From positions 26,089-90,088 of the forward strand of contig CAYMPD010000004.1 of NCBI GenBank assembly GCA_964392445.1: a stretch of DNA of 64,000 bases, given 5' to 3'. Below are positions 29,112 through 38,394 of the stretch, piece by piece. Below the pieces are notes generated by a model that worked only from the letters and a program-made list of their open reading frames with translations, was not told the origin of the DNA and made no database searches. The first letter of the stretch is position 1. Every line of letters starts with the position of its first letter. This DNA comes from an uncultured archaeon (GTDB lineage: Archaea; Aenigmatarchaeota; Aenigmatarchaeia; CG10238-14). A program made the translations under genes and the position numbers.

Positions 29112-29666
29112 ATGACAAATTTTAACATTAAAATCGAAAATATCGTTGCTACGGCCCCTTTAGGTGTAAGAATATCCCTTGAATCGTTAGTTGAATATTT
29201 AGAGGGAAGTGAATACGAGCCTGAACAGTTTCCCGGCTTAGTCTATAGGGTAAAAGACCCCAAATCTGCAACACTAATCTTCTCAACCGGTAAAATTGTG
29301 TGTACTGGCGCAAGAAATATTGAAGATGTTACCACTGTTATTAAAAAAGTTGTTAAAGTGTTGAAAGAAAGTGGAATTGCAGATCCTAAAGGTTACAAGA
29401 TTGAGGTTCAGAACATCGTCGCTTCAGCAAGGCTACCAGCAAGGTTGGACCTGGATAAAATTGTATTTGAGGTAGAAAATTCTGAGTACGAACCAAACCA
29501 ATTTCCCGGCTTAGTCTATAGGGTAAAAGACCCAAAGACCACATTGTTATTGTTTGGTTCAGGTAAAATCATCTGTACTGGTGCAAGAAAGATAAAAGAA
29601 GTGGAATACGCTATAGAAATCATGTTTAAGAAATTGAAGAGTATAGGCGCACTTAGAAAGGATTGA
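29112..29666 (+). CDS. tbp: TATA-box binding protein
   Basis: Two NIVA...YEPxQFPGLVYR...LxFxxGKIxCTGA repeats. Confidence 0.96.
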   Translation: MTNFNIKIENIVATAPLGVRISLESLVEYLEGSEYEPEQFPGLVYRVKDPKSATLIFSTGKIVCTGARNIEDVTTVIKKVVKVLKESGIADPKGYKIEVQNIVASARLPARLDLDKIVFEVENSEYEPNQFPGLVYRVKDPKTTLLLFGSGKIICTGARKIKEVEYAIEIMFKKLKSIGALRKD

Positions 29667-29669
29667 TGA

Positions 29670-29744
29670 TGGACCCGATGGGATTTGAACCCATGATCTC
29701 CTCGTCCGAAGCGAGGCGCATTATCCAAACTCTGCTACAGGTCC
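29670..29744 (-). tRNA. tRNA-Arg(TCG)
   Basis: GGACCTG/CGGGTCC acceptor stem, CCTCG-CT-TCG-GA-CGAGG anticodon arm, GTTCAAAT T loop. Confidence 0.93.
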
Positions 29745-29901
29745 TCTAACACTAATAATAACTGGAATTTATAAAACTTAATCTTTAACTGCTACTAGTA
29801 AGACAAAGTAAGATATATTAGTTTACATTTTTAATTAATATTATAGGTACCAATTTTACAATCTTTTTTTCTGGGTAGCGCAAGACTTAGAGGTTGGTCG
29901 G

Positions 29902-30075
29902 ATGAAATATTGTGAGAACTGCAAAGAATTCTTCCCTGAGAAAGACAATTACTGTCCCTTGTGCGGGAGAAAGCTAACTGAAACCAAGGGCGGGACAAAA
30001 AAAGAATCTAAAACCAACAAATCCGATGTTTTATTGGAAGATTACAACTATGAGGACACTTTTAGGGACTGGTGA
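29902..30075 (+). CDS. 57-aa zinc-ribbon protein (not in ORF track)
   Basis: MKYCENCKEFFPEKDNYCPLCGRKL...; two CxxC motifs, GAGGT RBS. Confidence 0.8.
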   Translation: MKYCENCKEFFPEKDNYCPLCGRKLTETKGGTKKESKTNKSDVLLEDYNYEDTFRDW

Positions 30076-30130
30076 TCTTTGACTGGATTTACGCCCATTT
30101 TCTTAGATGATTCTACTTCTTGTGGATGGG

Positions 30131-30580
30131 TTAATTGTTCCATTCCAATTTATCTCCTACTTGAATGTTGTTCTCCTTTGAAAAATTCGCATTTACCTCT
30201 AGAACATATTTAGTGGGTTCGTTTGAGGGATAGCTTTCACAAGGATCTGATTCACATGGCTGAATGTTTTGCTTTATTTCTGTTATTGTACCATTTTCCG
30301 CGATAAATATCATGTCCAGAGGTATTAGTGTATTTTTCATCCAGAATGAAACGTTTCGTTCGTTTTCGAAAATGAATAACATACCGGAATTTTGTGGTAA
30401 ACTTTTTCGGTACATCAAACCTTTACTTCTTTCTTTGGGATCATCGGCTATTTCTATATCAATCTCAACTTTCCCACCCTCACTGATTATGGAAAATGGT
30501 ATAACTTTTTTTGTTATACATCCACAGAGAACTACCAATAAGGCGATTATAATCAACTGAGAGAGTTTTTTCAGTTTCAC
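30131..30580 (-). CDS. DUF192 family exported protein
   Basis: EIADDPKERSKGLMYR, GMLF, FWMKNTLIPLDMIF, YVLEVNA. Confidence 0.92.
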   Translation of the reverse strand: MKLKKLSQLIIIALLVVLCGCITKKVIPFSIISEGGKVEIDIEIADDPKERSKGLMYRKSLPQNSGMLFIFENERNVSFWMKNTLIPLDMIFIAENGTITEIKQNIQPCESDPCESYPSNEPTKYVLEVNANFSKENNIQVGDKLEWNN

Positions 30581-30782
30581 TTAATTTCCCTTACTATATT
30601 ATCTGTTTTATCGGATTTAATTGTGAAATATTTTCCACAGTAAACACATTTTTTGGATTTTTTGTAAGGTGATCCTTTACTTTGGTACTTTTGTTTGTGG
30701 TGACATTTGTCGCAGATAACCCAGAATTTCATAGAATTATATTGGGATTTGAGGGTTTAAAGGATTTTGATAGTAAAATTCA

Positions 30783-30873
30783 CGCCCCGAGCAGGACTCG
30801 AACCTGCGGCCTTCTGGTTAACAGCTTCAGCCCTGAATTCAGGTCAACTGCTCTACCACTGAGCTACCGGGGC
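30783..30873 (-). tRNA. tRNA-Asn(GTT) copy 1 with a 19-nt intron at 30/31 (30826-30844)
   Basis: GCCCCGG/TCGGGGC, G73, CT-GTT-AA loop, GTTCGAG T loop; BHB CAGT[TGA]...GCTG[AAG]. Confidence 0.9.
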
Positions 30874-30874
30874 A

Positions 30875-32170
30875 TCAAGGTCTCATTCTACCCATGGTTC
30901 TTGGAAATGGAACTGTTTCACGAATATTTTCAATTCCACAAATCCACATAACAACTCTTTCCAATCCCATACCAAATCCTGAGTGAGGAACCGAACCATA
31001 CTTCCTTAAATCCATATACCATTGGTAATCCTTTTTCTTCAAGCCAAATTCTTTAATTCTCTTTTTCAGTGCTTTTGGATTATCTATTCTTTGACTTCCA
31101 CCTATTATCTCACCATAACCTTCGGGGGCAATAATGTCGTTTGAAAGAGTTAATTTTGGATTTTCAGGATCAGGTTCCATGTAAAAAGCCTTAATTTTTG
31201 TTGGAAATCTGTGGATAATTATCGGTTTTTCAAACTGCTTGGAGATAAATCTTTCTTGAGGAGCACCAAAATCGTCCAGATATTCAATATCAAAATCGTT
31301 CTTTTGTAACAACTCTATGGTCTCATCATAACTTATCCTTGGGAATGGTGGTTCTATTTTTTCGAGTTTTTCGATATCTCTTCCTAGTTCTTTTAATTGT
31401 CTTTTATTCTTCTTTAACACTCCTTTAACTATCGCTGTAATCAATCCTTCTTGAAGTTTAATATTATCTTCAAAGTCATAGAAAGCCATCTCAGGCTCAA
31501 GCATCCAGAATTCGGCCAAATGCTTTGGTGTATGAGACTTTTCCGCGCGGAAAGTAGGACCAAAGCAATAAACCTTTCCTAATGATGGAACAACAGCCTC
31601 ACTGTATAACTGACCACTTTGGGCAAGATAAACCTTACCACCAGGGTATTTTGTTTCAAATAATGTAGTACTTTCCTCACAACAGGTTGGAGTCAATATA
31701 GGAGTGTCTACTCGATAAAAACCTTGAGAATCCAAGAAATCAATCGCACTTTTAATAACGGTTGATCTTATCCTAAGAATAGGTCTTTGACTTGGGCTTC
31801 TTAACCACAAGTGACGGTTACTTAGGAGAAAATCGATTCCATGGTCTTTTTTACCTAGAGGGTAATCGTCTGCTACCTGGAGAACCTTAATATCATTAAT
31901 CTCTATCTCATACCCATCTGGAGCTCTTTCATCTTCTTTTACTTTACCTTCGATTATAACCGAGGATTCTTGTGTTAATTTCTCAGCATCTTCAAACGTT
32001 TTTTTGTCAACATTATCTTTATGGATTGTTGCCTGAATGGTCCCAGACCCGTCTCGGATGATGAAGAATTGAACACCACCACTTGACCTCAGATTCTCTA
32101 CCCATCCACCTAGTTTGACTTTGCCTTTGGTTTTATCATCGAGTATATTTTCTATTTTGTTCAGTTTCAT
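30875..32170 (-). CDS. asnS: Asparaginyl-tRNA synthetase
   Basis: LAQSGQLYSE, FGPTFRAEKS..HLAEFWMLEPE, GEIIGGSQR, YGSVPHSGFGMGLER (AsnRS-type, not the AspRS QSPQLYKQ). Confidence 0.9.
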   Translation of the reverse strand: MKLNKIENILDDKTKGKVKLGGWVENLRSSGGVQFFIIRDGSGTIQATIHKDNVDKKTFEDAEKLTQESSVIIEGKVKEDERAPDGYEIEINDIKVLQVADDYPLGKKDHGIDFLLSNRHLWLRSPSQRPILRIRSTVIKSAIDFLDSQGFYRVDTPILTPTCCEESTTLFETKYPGGKVYLAQSGQLYSEAVVPSLGKVYCFGPTFRAEKSHTPKHLAEFWMLEPEMAFYDFEDNIKLQEGLITAIVKGVLKKNKRQLKELGRDIEKLEKIEPPFPRISYDETIELLQKNDFDIEYLDDFGAPQERFISKQFEKPIIIHRFPTKIKAFYMEPDPENPKLTLSNDIIAPEGYGEIIGGSQRIDNPKALKKRIKEFGLKKKDYQWYMDLRKYGSVPHSGFGMGLERVVMWICGIENIRETVPFPRTMGRMRP

Positions 32171-32252
32171 GATTATCAATTAGAATTTGTTAAGATAAGT
32201 TTAATAAATTTTGGACTAAGATTATTAATAACTGAAAGAGAATAACTTTTTT

Positions 32253-32573
32253 ATGTCAACGAACGGGCTACCTTATGATATTATGAATGCATCAACACGT
32301 GTTAGAACTCATCCAATGATTTATATGATTGAGGAAAAAGAAGATAGAGGTTTAACATATATTGAAGTAATTGTCCCTGGGGGAAGTTATTGTGGTACTG
32401 CAGCAAAATCTAGATTAGCAAAAGGGGACCTTTCTCCAGAAACTAGTAGTCTAGATAGATTAGGAACTAGTGTTTTTCGATATTATCCTAAGACAGCCCA
32501 AGTTCAGAATTTAAGTAATAGGATAACTAGAGTAATGCAAGAAGCAGGATTTTTACTAATCTCTCGGAGTTAA
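32253..32573 (+). CDS. Hypothetical protein (orphan)
   Basis: 106 aa ORF. Confidence 0.55.
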   Translation: MSTNGLPYDIMNASTRVRTHPMIYMIEEKEDRGLTYIEVIVPGGSYCGTAAKSRLAKGDLSPETSSLDRLGTSVFRYYPKTAQVQNLSNRITRVMQEAGFLLISRS

Positions 32574-32641
32574 ATATATGAGACATTTGTATCATTTTTA
32601 CTTGAATACATATTAAAACTCGTCCACCAATTTCAATTAAT

Positions 32642-33124
32642 ATGATTGGAAGGACTAGAAATGGATATGGAGGAACTTTAGGGCCGAGAGAAAGTACAGA
32701 GAAATTTTCATTAGCATGGAGTTTATCTGCTCCTATTTCAAGAGACCAAGATTTTGCGATCTATGAAGTTCCTATGGGGAAAAGTGATGGTTATAGTTCA
32801 CTCGTTAGACAAATGTTTGAAAGAGCAATGGAAGGTGCTCATGTAACAGAACCTTGTAAAGAATTCTTAAGATCTATGTTCTATGTTTCTCTTAGGCAGG
32901 GAGTACCTCCAGTTAGGTGGATACCAGTAGAAAAATTTGGAATAGACCTTTCAAAAGAAAGATATGGGATATTTGGACCCGAAGAGAATTTAGGAGAGAT
33001 TGAAGGAGAGCTAATAAGATTCCACGTTCATATTATAGAAGCTTATAGGATACCAGAATTAAGAGAAAGGGGGATGGAACTTAACAGAAGATGGAGAAGA
33101 GATTGGAATGAAAGATATGGTTGA
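32642..33124 (+). CDS. Hypothetical protein (orphan)
   Basis: 160 aa ORF. Confidence 0.6.
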   Translation: MIGRTRNGYGGTLGPRESTEKFSLAWSLSAPISRDQDFAIYEVPMGKSDGYSSLVRQMFERAMEGAHVTEPCKEFLRSMFYVSLRQGVPPVRWIPVEKFGIDLSKERYGIFGPEENLGEIEGELIRFHVHIIEAYRIPELRERGMELNRRWRRDWNERYG

Positions 33125-33138
33125 AATTAAAAATAAAT

Positions 33139-33414
33139 TTAGTCAATTTCTTGTCTTTGCAGAAGTCTTTGATTGATATCAAAATAACCAACAGTTAAAA
33201 CATATTTCCCATCTAATACCGTTCTGTAATCTTCTACAGTATAATTTCTTTCCTCTACCTCATCTAATAATAATCTTGAAACTTCACCTTCCTTATTTAA
33301 AAAATATGTAACATTCCAGGTATCTAACATTTGTCCTATCCCAGTGTCAGAACAATCCAATACCCCTACTTTATCAAAATGAATTTTTATCATGCTGAAA
33401 TCATTATTAAACAA
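33139..33414 (-). CDS. Hypothetical protein (orphan)
   Basis: 91 aa ORF; start may be ATG 33393. Confidence 0.45.
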   Translation of the reverse strand: MFNNDFSMIKIHFDKVGVLDCSDTGIGQMLDTWNVTYFLNKEGEVSRLLLDEVEERNYTVEDYRTVLDGKYVLTVGYFDINQRLLQRQEID

Positions 33415-33458
33415 AACTTAAATTTCTTACTTTAGACTTAAAAAAGAAAAAAATTAAA

Positions 33459-33553
33459 CGCCTCGGGTCGGACTCGAACCGACGGCCTTCTGGTTAACAG
33501 CTTCAGCCCTGAAAAAGTCAGGTCAACTGCTCTACCTACTGAGCTACCGAGGC
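33459..33553 (-). tRNA. tRNA-Asn(GTT) copy 2 with a 22-nt intron at 30/31 (33502-33523)
   Basis: GCCTCGG/CCGAGGC, G73, GTT anticodon, same BHB as copy 1. Confidence 0.9.
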
Positions 33554-34948
33554 TTGAATAATTTCACGAATTTCTCTTGGGTTTCCCGCTGATTTTATTT
33601 CTTTTAAAACCTGTCCAACCAAAAAATCCAATGCTTTTTCTTCTCCAGATTTATAATCTTTCACTGCCTCTTTGTTTTTCTGTAGTATTTTATCAACTAT
33701 TTTTTTAAGTTCTTGTTTACTCACCATTTTTAGACCTTTTTTACTTAAATATTCTTCGGGGTATTCACCAGTCATGGTTATTTCTTTAATCATTTCTTTT
33801 CCTAATCTTTTCGGGATTTCACCTTTATCCATCATTTCAAGGAATTTAGCAAAGTTTTCTACAGATATTTTGGAGTTTTTAATCCTGATCCCCTGATAAT
33901 TCAAGCACTTCAGAAGATGAGTAATCATCCATTTAGCAATCATCTGGGGATTTTCTAATAATTCACAGCATTCTTCGAAGAATCTAGAAAAATCCTTCCC
34001 TGTGTAAACTATCACTTTGGCTTGATAATCTGATAAATCATACTTTTCCTGGTACCTTTCCACTAAATGATCAGGTAATTCGGGCAGAGTGGTCTTTATT
34101 CCTTGTTTCCATTCATTATTAATTTCGATTTTAGTCAGGTCTGGCTCAAAAATGTACCCATAATCCTCTTCCATCTCCTTTGTTCTCAGAGTTTTAGTTA
34201 TTCCTTGAGATTCATCAAATCCTCTTGTTTCTCTTTCAACCTTCCCTCCATTTCTAAGTACACTTTTTTGCCTAACAACCTCATAATTCAACGCTTTTTC
34301 AATCTTAGCAAAACCACTCATATTCTTGATTTCAACCCTTTTCCCGCCTTCTATTGATATGTTGACATCTACACGCATAGATCCTTCAAGTGAAGAGTCA
34401 TAAACTCCAAGATATTCAAGCATAGTCGAAAGTTTAGTCAAGAATTCCCTTACCTCTTTCGGGTCTCTAAAATCGGGTTCGGTTACTATCTCACATAAGG
34501 GGGTCCCAGAGCGGTTATAATCGATTAGAACATACTTGGATGTAGTTATGTCTCCACCTACATGAACAAGTTTAGCAGGGTCTTCCTCCAAGTGAATCCT
34601 AGTAATGTTAATTTTTTTCTCCTCTCCGTTTGAGTTAATTTTTAAGTAACCTTTTCTTGCGAGGGGAATTTCAAATTGAGTTATCTGGAAGTTCTTTGCC
34701 ATATCGGGATAAAGATAGGATTTTCTAGAGAAGAACATTTTTGTTAATATTTCACAATTTAACGCATGAGCAATTGATATACCATAATCCAACGCTTTCT
34801 TGTTGACTTTTGGTTTTGATCCTGGGAAACCAAGACATATAGGACAGGTAGTAGAGTTAGGTTTAGAGTCTCTATAATCCGTGGAACAGGAGCAAAATAA
34901 CTTTGATTTTGTGTTTAACTGTACATGAATTTCTAATCCTATTTTCAT
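33536..34948 (-). CDS. gatB: Asp/Glu-tRNA amidotransferase subunit B
   Basis: IGLEIHVQL, FSRKSYLYPD, HLEEDPAK, DYNRSGTPLCEIVTEPD, MRVDVNIS, YIFEPDL. Confidence 0.96.
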   Translation of the reverse strand: MKIGLEIHVQLNTKSKLFCSCSTDYRDSKPNSTTCPICLGFPGSKPKVNKKALDYGISIAHALNCEILTKMFFSRKSYLYPDMAKNFQITQFEIPLARKGYLKINSNGEEKKINITRIHLEEDPAKLVHVGGDITTSKYVLIDYNRSGTPLCEIVTEPDFRDPKEVREFLTKLSTMLEYLGVYDSSLEGSMRVDVNISIEGGKRVEIKNMSGFAKIEKALNYEVVRQKSVLRNGGKVERETRGFDESQGITKTLRTKEMEEDYGYIFEPDLTKIEINNEWKQGIKTTLPELPDHLVERYQEKYDLSDYQAKVIVYTGKDFSRFFEECCELLENPQMIAKWMITHLLKCLNYQGIRIKNSKISVENFAKFLEMMDKGEIPKRLGKEMIKEITMTGEYPEEYLSKKGLKMVSKQELKKIVDKILQKNKEAVKDYKSGEEKALDFLVGQVLKEIKSAGNPREIREIIQASVAQ

Positions 34949-36369
34949 TTCATCACAGGTTGGTTTTTGTGGTAATCAGTATTTTGTTCAAATGTGTGAG
35001 CGACCTGAATCATCTTTTTCTCTTGTAAATGATCAGCAATTATATGCATCCCAACTGGTAAACCCTCTGAGAAACCTCCTGGAACAGATATCATCGGAAC
35101 ACCTGCTAAGTTTGGGGGGACTGTTAGAATGTCGAGCATATAGGTCTGAAGTGGGGTCAAATCCTCAATTTCCGAGAATTTTGGTGGTAGAATTGGCATG
35201 GTCGGAGAAACAAGCACATCATACTTTTTGAAAGCTTTCTTGAAGTCTTGAATCACTAGTGTCCTTAATTTCATCGCTTTTAGGTAGAATTGATCCCTAT
35301 ATCCAGCCATTCTAGCATAAGTTCCCATGATTATCCGTCTTTTAGCTTCTTGTCCAAAACCTTCTTTTCTTACCCTTGAGAAATAATCGTTGAAACTCTC
35401 TCCTGTTTTAATTTCATTTTCCAAACCATACCTTAATCCACACAGTTTCGCAAGGTTGGTAGAAGTTTCAGACATAGCAATTATGTAATAACTAGGTAAA
35501 GCAACATCTGTGTGTGGGAGAGAGCATTCTTCGTATTTAGCACCTAAATCTTCTAGAAGTTTAATGTTTTTCCAAATTTTGTTCTTGATTTTTTCGTTTA
35601 CTCCACCGCTGAAATATTCTTTCGGAACCCCAATCTTCATACCTTTGACATCATTTTTCCAGTAATCAGTATAATCCTCTTTTTCAACATCAAGTGAAGT
35701 AGAATCAATGGAATCATGACCAGAAATTACCGAAAATAACAGTGAAGAATCCTCAACTGTTTTACCAATTGTTCCAATCTTATCCAGACTATTAGCATAA
35801 CTAATCAAACCCCATCTAGAAACCGTTCCATAAGTTGGTGTTATCCCCACGGTATTTGTAAAAGATGTAGGACAACTTATAGACCCACCAGTGCTCTCGG
35901 CAATAGCAATATGTGGAAAATCAGAAATACTTGTCAAGCAACCCGCTCCCCCTGAACTTCCTCCACACGTTCGTTCGATATCCCAAGGATTTTTAGGAAA
36001 TCCAAACGGAGTGTTAATGTTAAAAACACCATGACCAAATTGATCCATACTAGTTTTCCCAATTATTACTCCACCCTCTTCTTTAACTCTTCTGGTAACA
36101 TAAGAATCAAACGGAGGAACATATTTATGAAGAATCCTTGAGCCTGCAGTAGTTTTAAGTCCTTTTGTGCATATATTGTCTTTAACTGAGATTGGAAGGC
36201 CGTAAAGCTTCCCTTTTTTAAGCGATTTTACGTCGATTTTTTCGTTTATTGTAACAAATGGTAAATATTTCTCTTGAATTTTTCGAGTTTTTTCCAGAGT
36301 TTTAGTTAAGAAATCCTCTAAATTTAATTCCCCATTCCTGACTTTTGTTAAATACTCTTTCAGTTCCAT
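34945..36369 (-). CDS. gatA: Amidotransferase subunit A
   Basis: SVKDNI, GGSSGG, ESTGGSI (Ser-cisSer-Lys triad), PTYGTVSRWG. Confidence 0.95.
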   Translation of the reverse strand: MELKEYLTKVRNGELNLEDFLTKTLEKTRKIQEKYLPFVTINEKIDVKSLKKGKLYGLPISVKDNICTKGLKTTAGSRILHKYVPPFDSYVTRRVKEEGGVIIGKTSMDQFGHGVFNINTPFGFPKNPWDIERTCGGSSGGAGCLTSISDFPHIAIAESTGGSISCPTSFTNTVGITPTYGTVSRWGLISYANSLDKIGTIGKTVEDSSLLFSVISGHDSIDSTSLDVEKEDYTDYWKNDVKGMKIGVPKEYFSGGVNEKIKNKIWKNIKLLEDLGAKYEECSLPHTDVALPSYYIIAMSETSTNLAKLCGLRYGLENEIKTGESFNDYFSRVRKEGFGQEAKRRIIMGTYARMAGYRDQFYLKAMKLRTLVIQDFKKAFKKYDVLVSPTMPILPPKFSEIEDLTPLQTYMLDILTVPPNLAGVPMISVPGGFSEGLPVGMHIIADHLQEKKMIQVAHTFEQNTDYHKNQPVMK

Positions 36370-36648
36370 CTAAACAGCCCTTGGACCTTTAAAGTAGTCA
36401 TCTTCTTTATTTTCAGCATTTCCTAACGGATCCCAATCCCATTCACAAGTTTCATCTTTCCTCCAAACATTCTTAATTTCCAGAGGCTGAAATGAAGTTT
36501 CAATCTCTTCCGTATCAACTTCTTCTATTTTTCTAAACGCTTCCAGAACATCATCTATCTGTTTTGTAAATTCCTTAACTTCTTCATCTGTCAAATCCAA
36601 CCTAGCTATCTCAGCAACATGTCTAATTACGTCTTCTGATACTACCAT
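36370..36648 (-). CDS. gatC: Amidotransferase subunit C
   Basis: IRHVAEIARLDL...YFKGPR; directly upstream of gatA. Confidence 0.92.
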   Translation of the reverse strand: MVVSEDVIRHVAEIARLDLTDEEVKEFTKQIDDVLEAFRKIEEVDTEEIETSFQPLEIKNVWRKDETCEWDWDPLGNAENKEDDYFKGPRAV

Positions 36649-36828
36649 AGAAATCCCCCCAAAAAGCTAGAACTAGGAAAAAACTCAAACCAGATTAAAA
36701 CATTCACCGTGCATTATTGGCACCTTAGGTAAAATATAGTGAAGTAGTATTTATAAATATGTTTATTTAAAAAAACACATTAAAAGCCTTTAAAAATGAT
36801 TTTTATTGGTCTTTTGATGGTGAATTGA

Positions 36829-37437
36829 TTGGTATATAGAGTAAGAAAAGCTGAAATGAGTGACTTAGACGCAATTTTATCTCTAGAAAGAAGAAATTTC
36901 GAACCTCTTACTCAGGCTTCTGATAAAACAGTTAGAGAAAGATTTGAGAGTTACCAAGAAGGTTTTTTTATTGCGGAAATTGATTCTAATCCTGTTGGTT
37001 ATATATTTGTTGCACCTTATCGTCATATTTGGGAAGATAGAGAAGAGATAAATTCTCATGAAGATTTAATACTTCCAACTCGGTATATAGATGGTGAATC
37101 AAAGATTATTCAATTTGTTTCAATTGCAGTTCTGAACAAACATAGAGTGACCAATTTAAGTCAAAATGGATACATAGGAGAATCACCTTCACAACTTTTA
37201 TTGACTAGTGCCGTAGAACATGCGATGGAGAGAGGAGCCGATCAAATATATGTTCTTGCTGTTACACCACAGGGAAATAACATTTTAAAAAATAGTGGTT
37301 TTAAGTTATATGAAGAATTTGATATAGATGATGAAGAAATAAGATTATGGGGTTATGATTTAAGAGAAGATGGAGAATCTTTAAAGAGAGGAATTGAAGA
37401 TTATTATGAAAGAAAACTATCTCCTCAACTCGTTTAA
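36829..37437 (+). CDS. GNAT-family N-acetyltransferase
   Basis: VRKAEMSDL, FVSIAV, NILKNSGF. Confidence 0.75.
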   Translation: MVYRVRKAEMSDLDAILSLERRNFEPLTQASDKTVRERFESYQEGFFIAEIDSNPVGYIFVAPYRHIWEDREEINSHEDLILPTRYIDGESKIIQFVSIAVLNKHRVTNLSQNGYIGESPSQLLLTSAVEHAMERGADQIYVLAVTPQGNNILKNSGFKLYEEFDIDDEEIRLWGYDLREDGESLKRGIEDYYERKLSPQLV

Positions 37438-37845
37438 GACAACGTGAGTACTGGTCTTCTCAATACCTTCCATTTGGAATAAGTTATTTATAAAGTTTGA
37501 CAACTCTTCTCTATTTTTAAATCTAGTGACTATTATCATATCCTTATCTCCAGTGATTCCGTATATGGCAAAAACATTTTTGAATTTGATTAGTTTATTA
37601 GCGATTTCAAATTGCTTTTCCCGGTGAGCAACTATTTCTATTATAGCTGGCAAATCATAACCTATCTTCTCATAATTTAAAATGGCTTTATAGTCCCTGA
37701 TAATACCATCTGATTCAAGTTTTTTAATTCTTTCATAAGTGGAGCTTATTGACAAACCGATTTTTTTTGCTATTTTTTTAAGCTTTTGTTTACAGTTTTT
37801 TTCTAACTCCTCTAATATTTCAAGATTTTTTTCATCTAAATCCAT
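37417..37845 (-). CDS. Lrp/AsnC transcriptional regulator
   Basis: LDEKNLEILEEL, RIKKLESDGIIRDY, ITGDKD. Confidence 0.92.
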   Translation of the reverse strand: MDLDEKNLEILEELEKNCKQKLKKIAKKIGLSISSTYERIKKLESDGIIRDYKAILNYEKIGYDLPAIIEIVAHREKQFEIANKLIKFKNVFAIYGITGDKDMIIVTRFKNREELSNFINNLFQMEGIEKTSTHVVLNELRR

Positions 37846-38184
37846 ACAATCGCCGAAATCTTTTCATAATTTAATAAGAATATATTTAAGCATTTCGTTA
37901 AATATTCGTTAAAATGATCTATAAGTTTTATATTGTGACTTTTTCTATATTAGAGCAAGATTAGCTATGCAACCATTAACGTCCAAGGAACGAATCCAAA
38001 AAACTTATTTTAAGCGATGGCTCTGTGTAGTCGATATTACAAAGATCATCATGATTAATTGCTGCTAATCGGGGATGATTCCTTGATTTTCTTTTTCTGG
38101 ATGACCTAAAAACTAGCGATAAAGTATTCGAAAAAAATTCTGGTTTTTTGTGCTTTTTTAATTTCAAAAAAATAAAATGGGGGA

Positions 38185-38394
38185 ATGAAAAAAATGTTAA
38201 CATTTTGCGAAAAATGCGGAAATGTGATGGTGTTAAAAGAAAAAGAAGGAAGAAGTATTGGACACTATCAGTGTAGAACATGTGGACTTGTAAAGAAAAT
38301 GAAGCTGAATAGAATAGAATTAAAAGAAAAAATAATCCAAGAACCACAGGCAACATTAGTTCCAGAAAGACTCAAATTTCCATTGAAATTTTAG
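38185..38394 (+). CDS. Zinc-ribbon protein resembling the TFS/RpoM N-terminal domain only
   Basis: FCEKCGNVM...YQCRTCG; no second ribbon or acidic hairpin. Confidence 0.75.
   Translation: MKKMLTFCEKCGNVMVLKEKEGRSIGHYQCRTCGLVKKMKLNRIELKEKIIQEPQATLVPERLKFPLKF

Noticed and set aside
37967-38068. 33-aa ORF divergent from the Lrp gene, and a ttcgttaa pair at about 37895-37913
   Set aside because: No RBS or motif; the short repeat is a plausible Lrp site but too short to support
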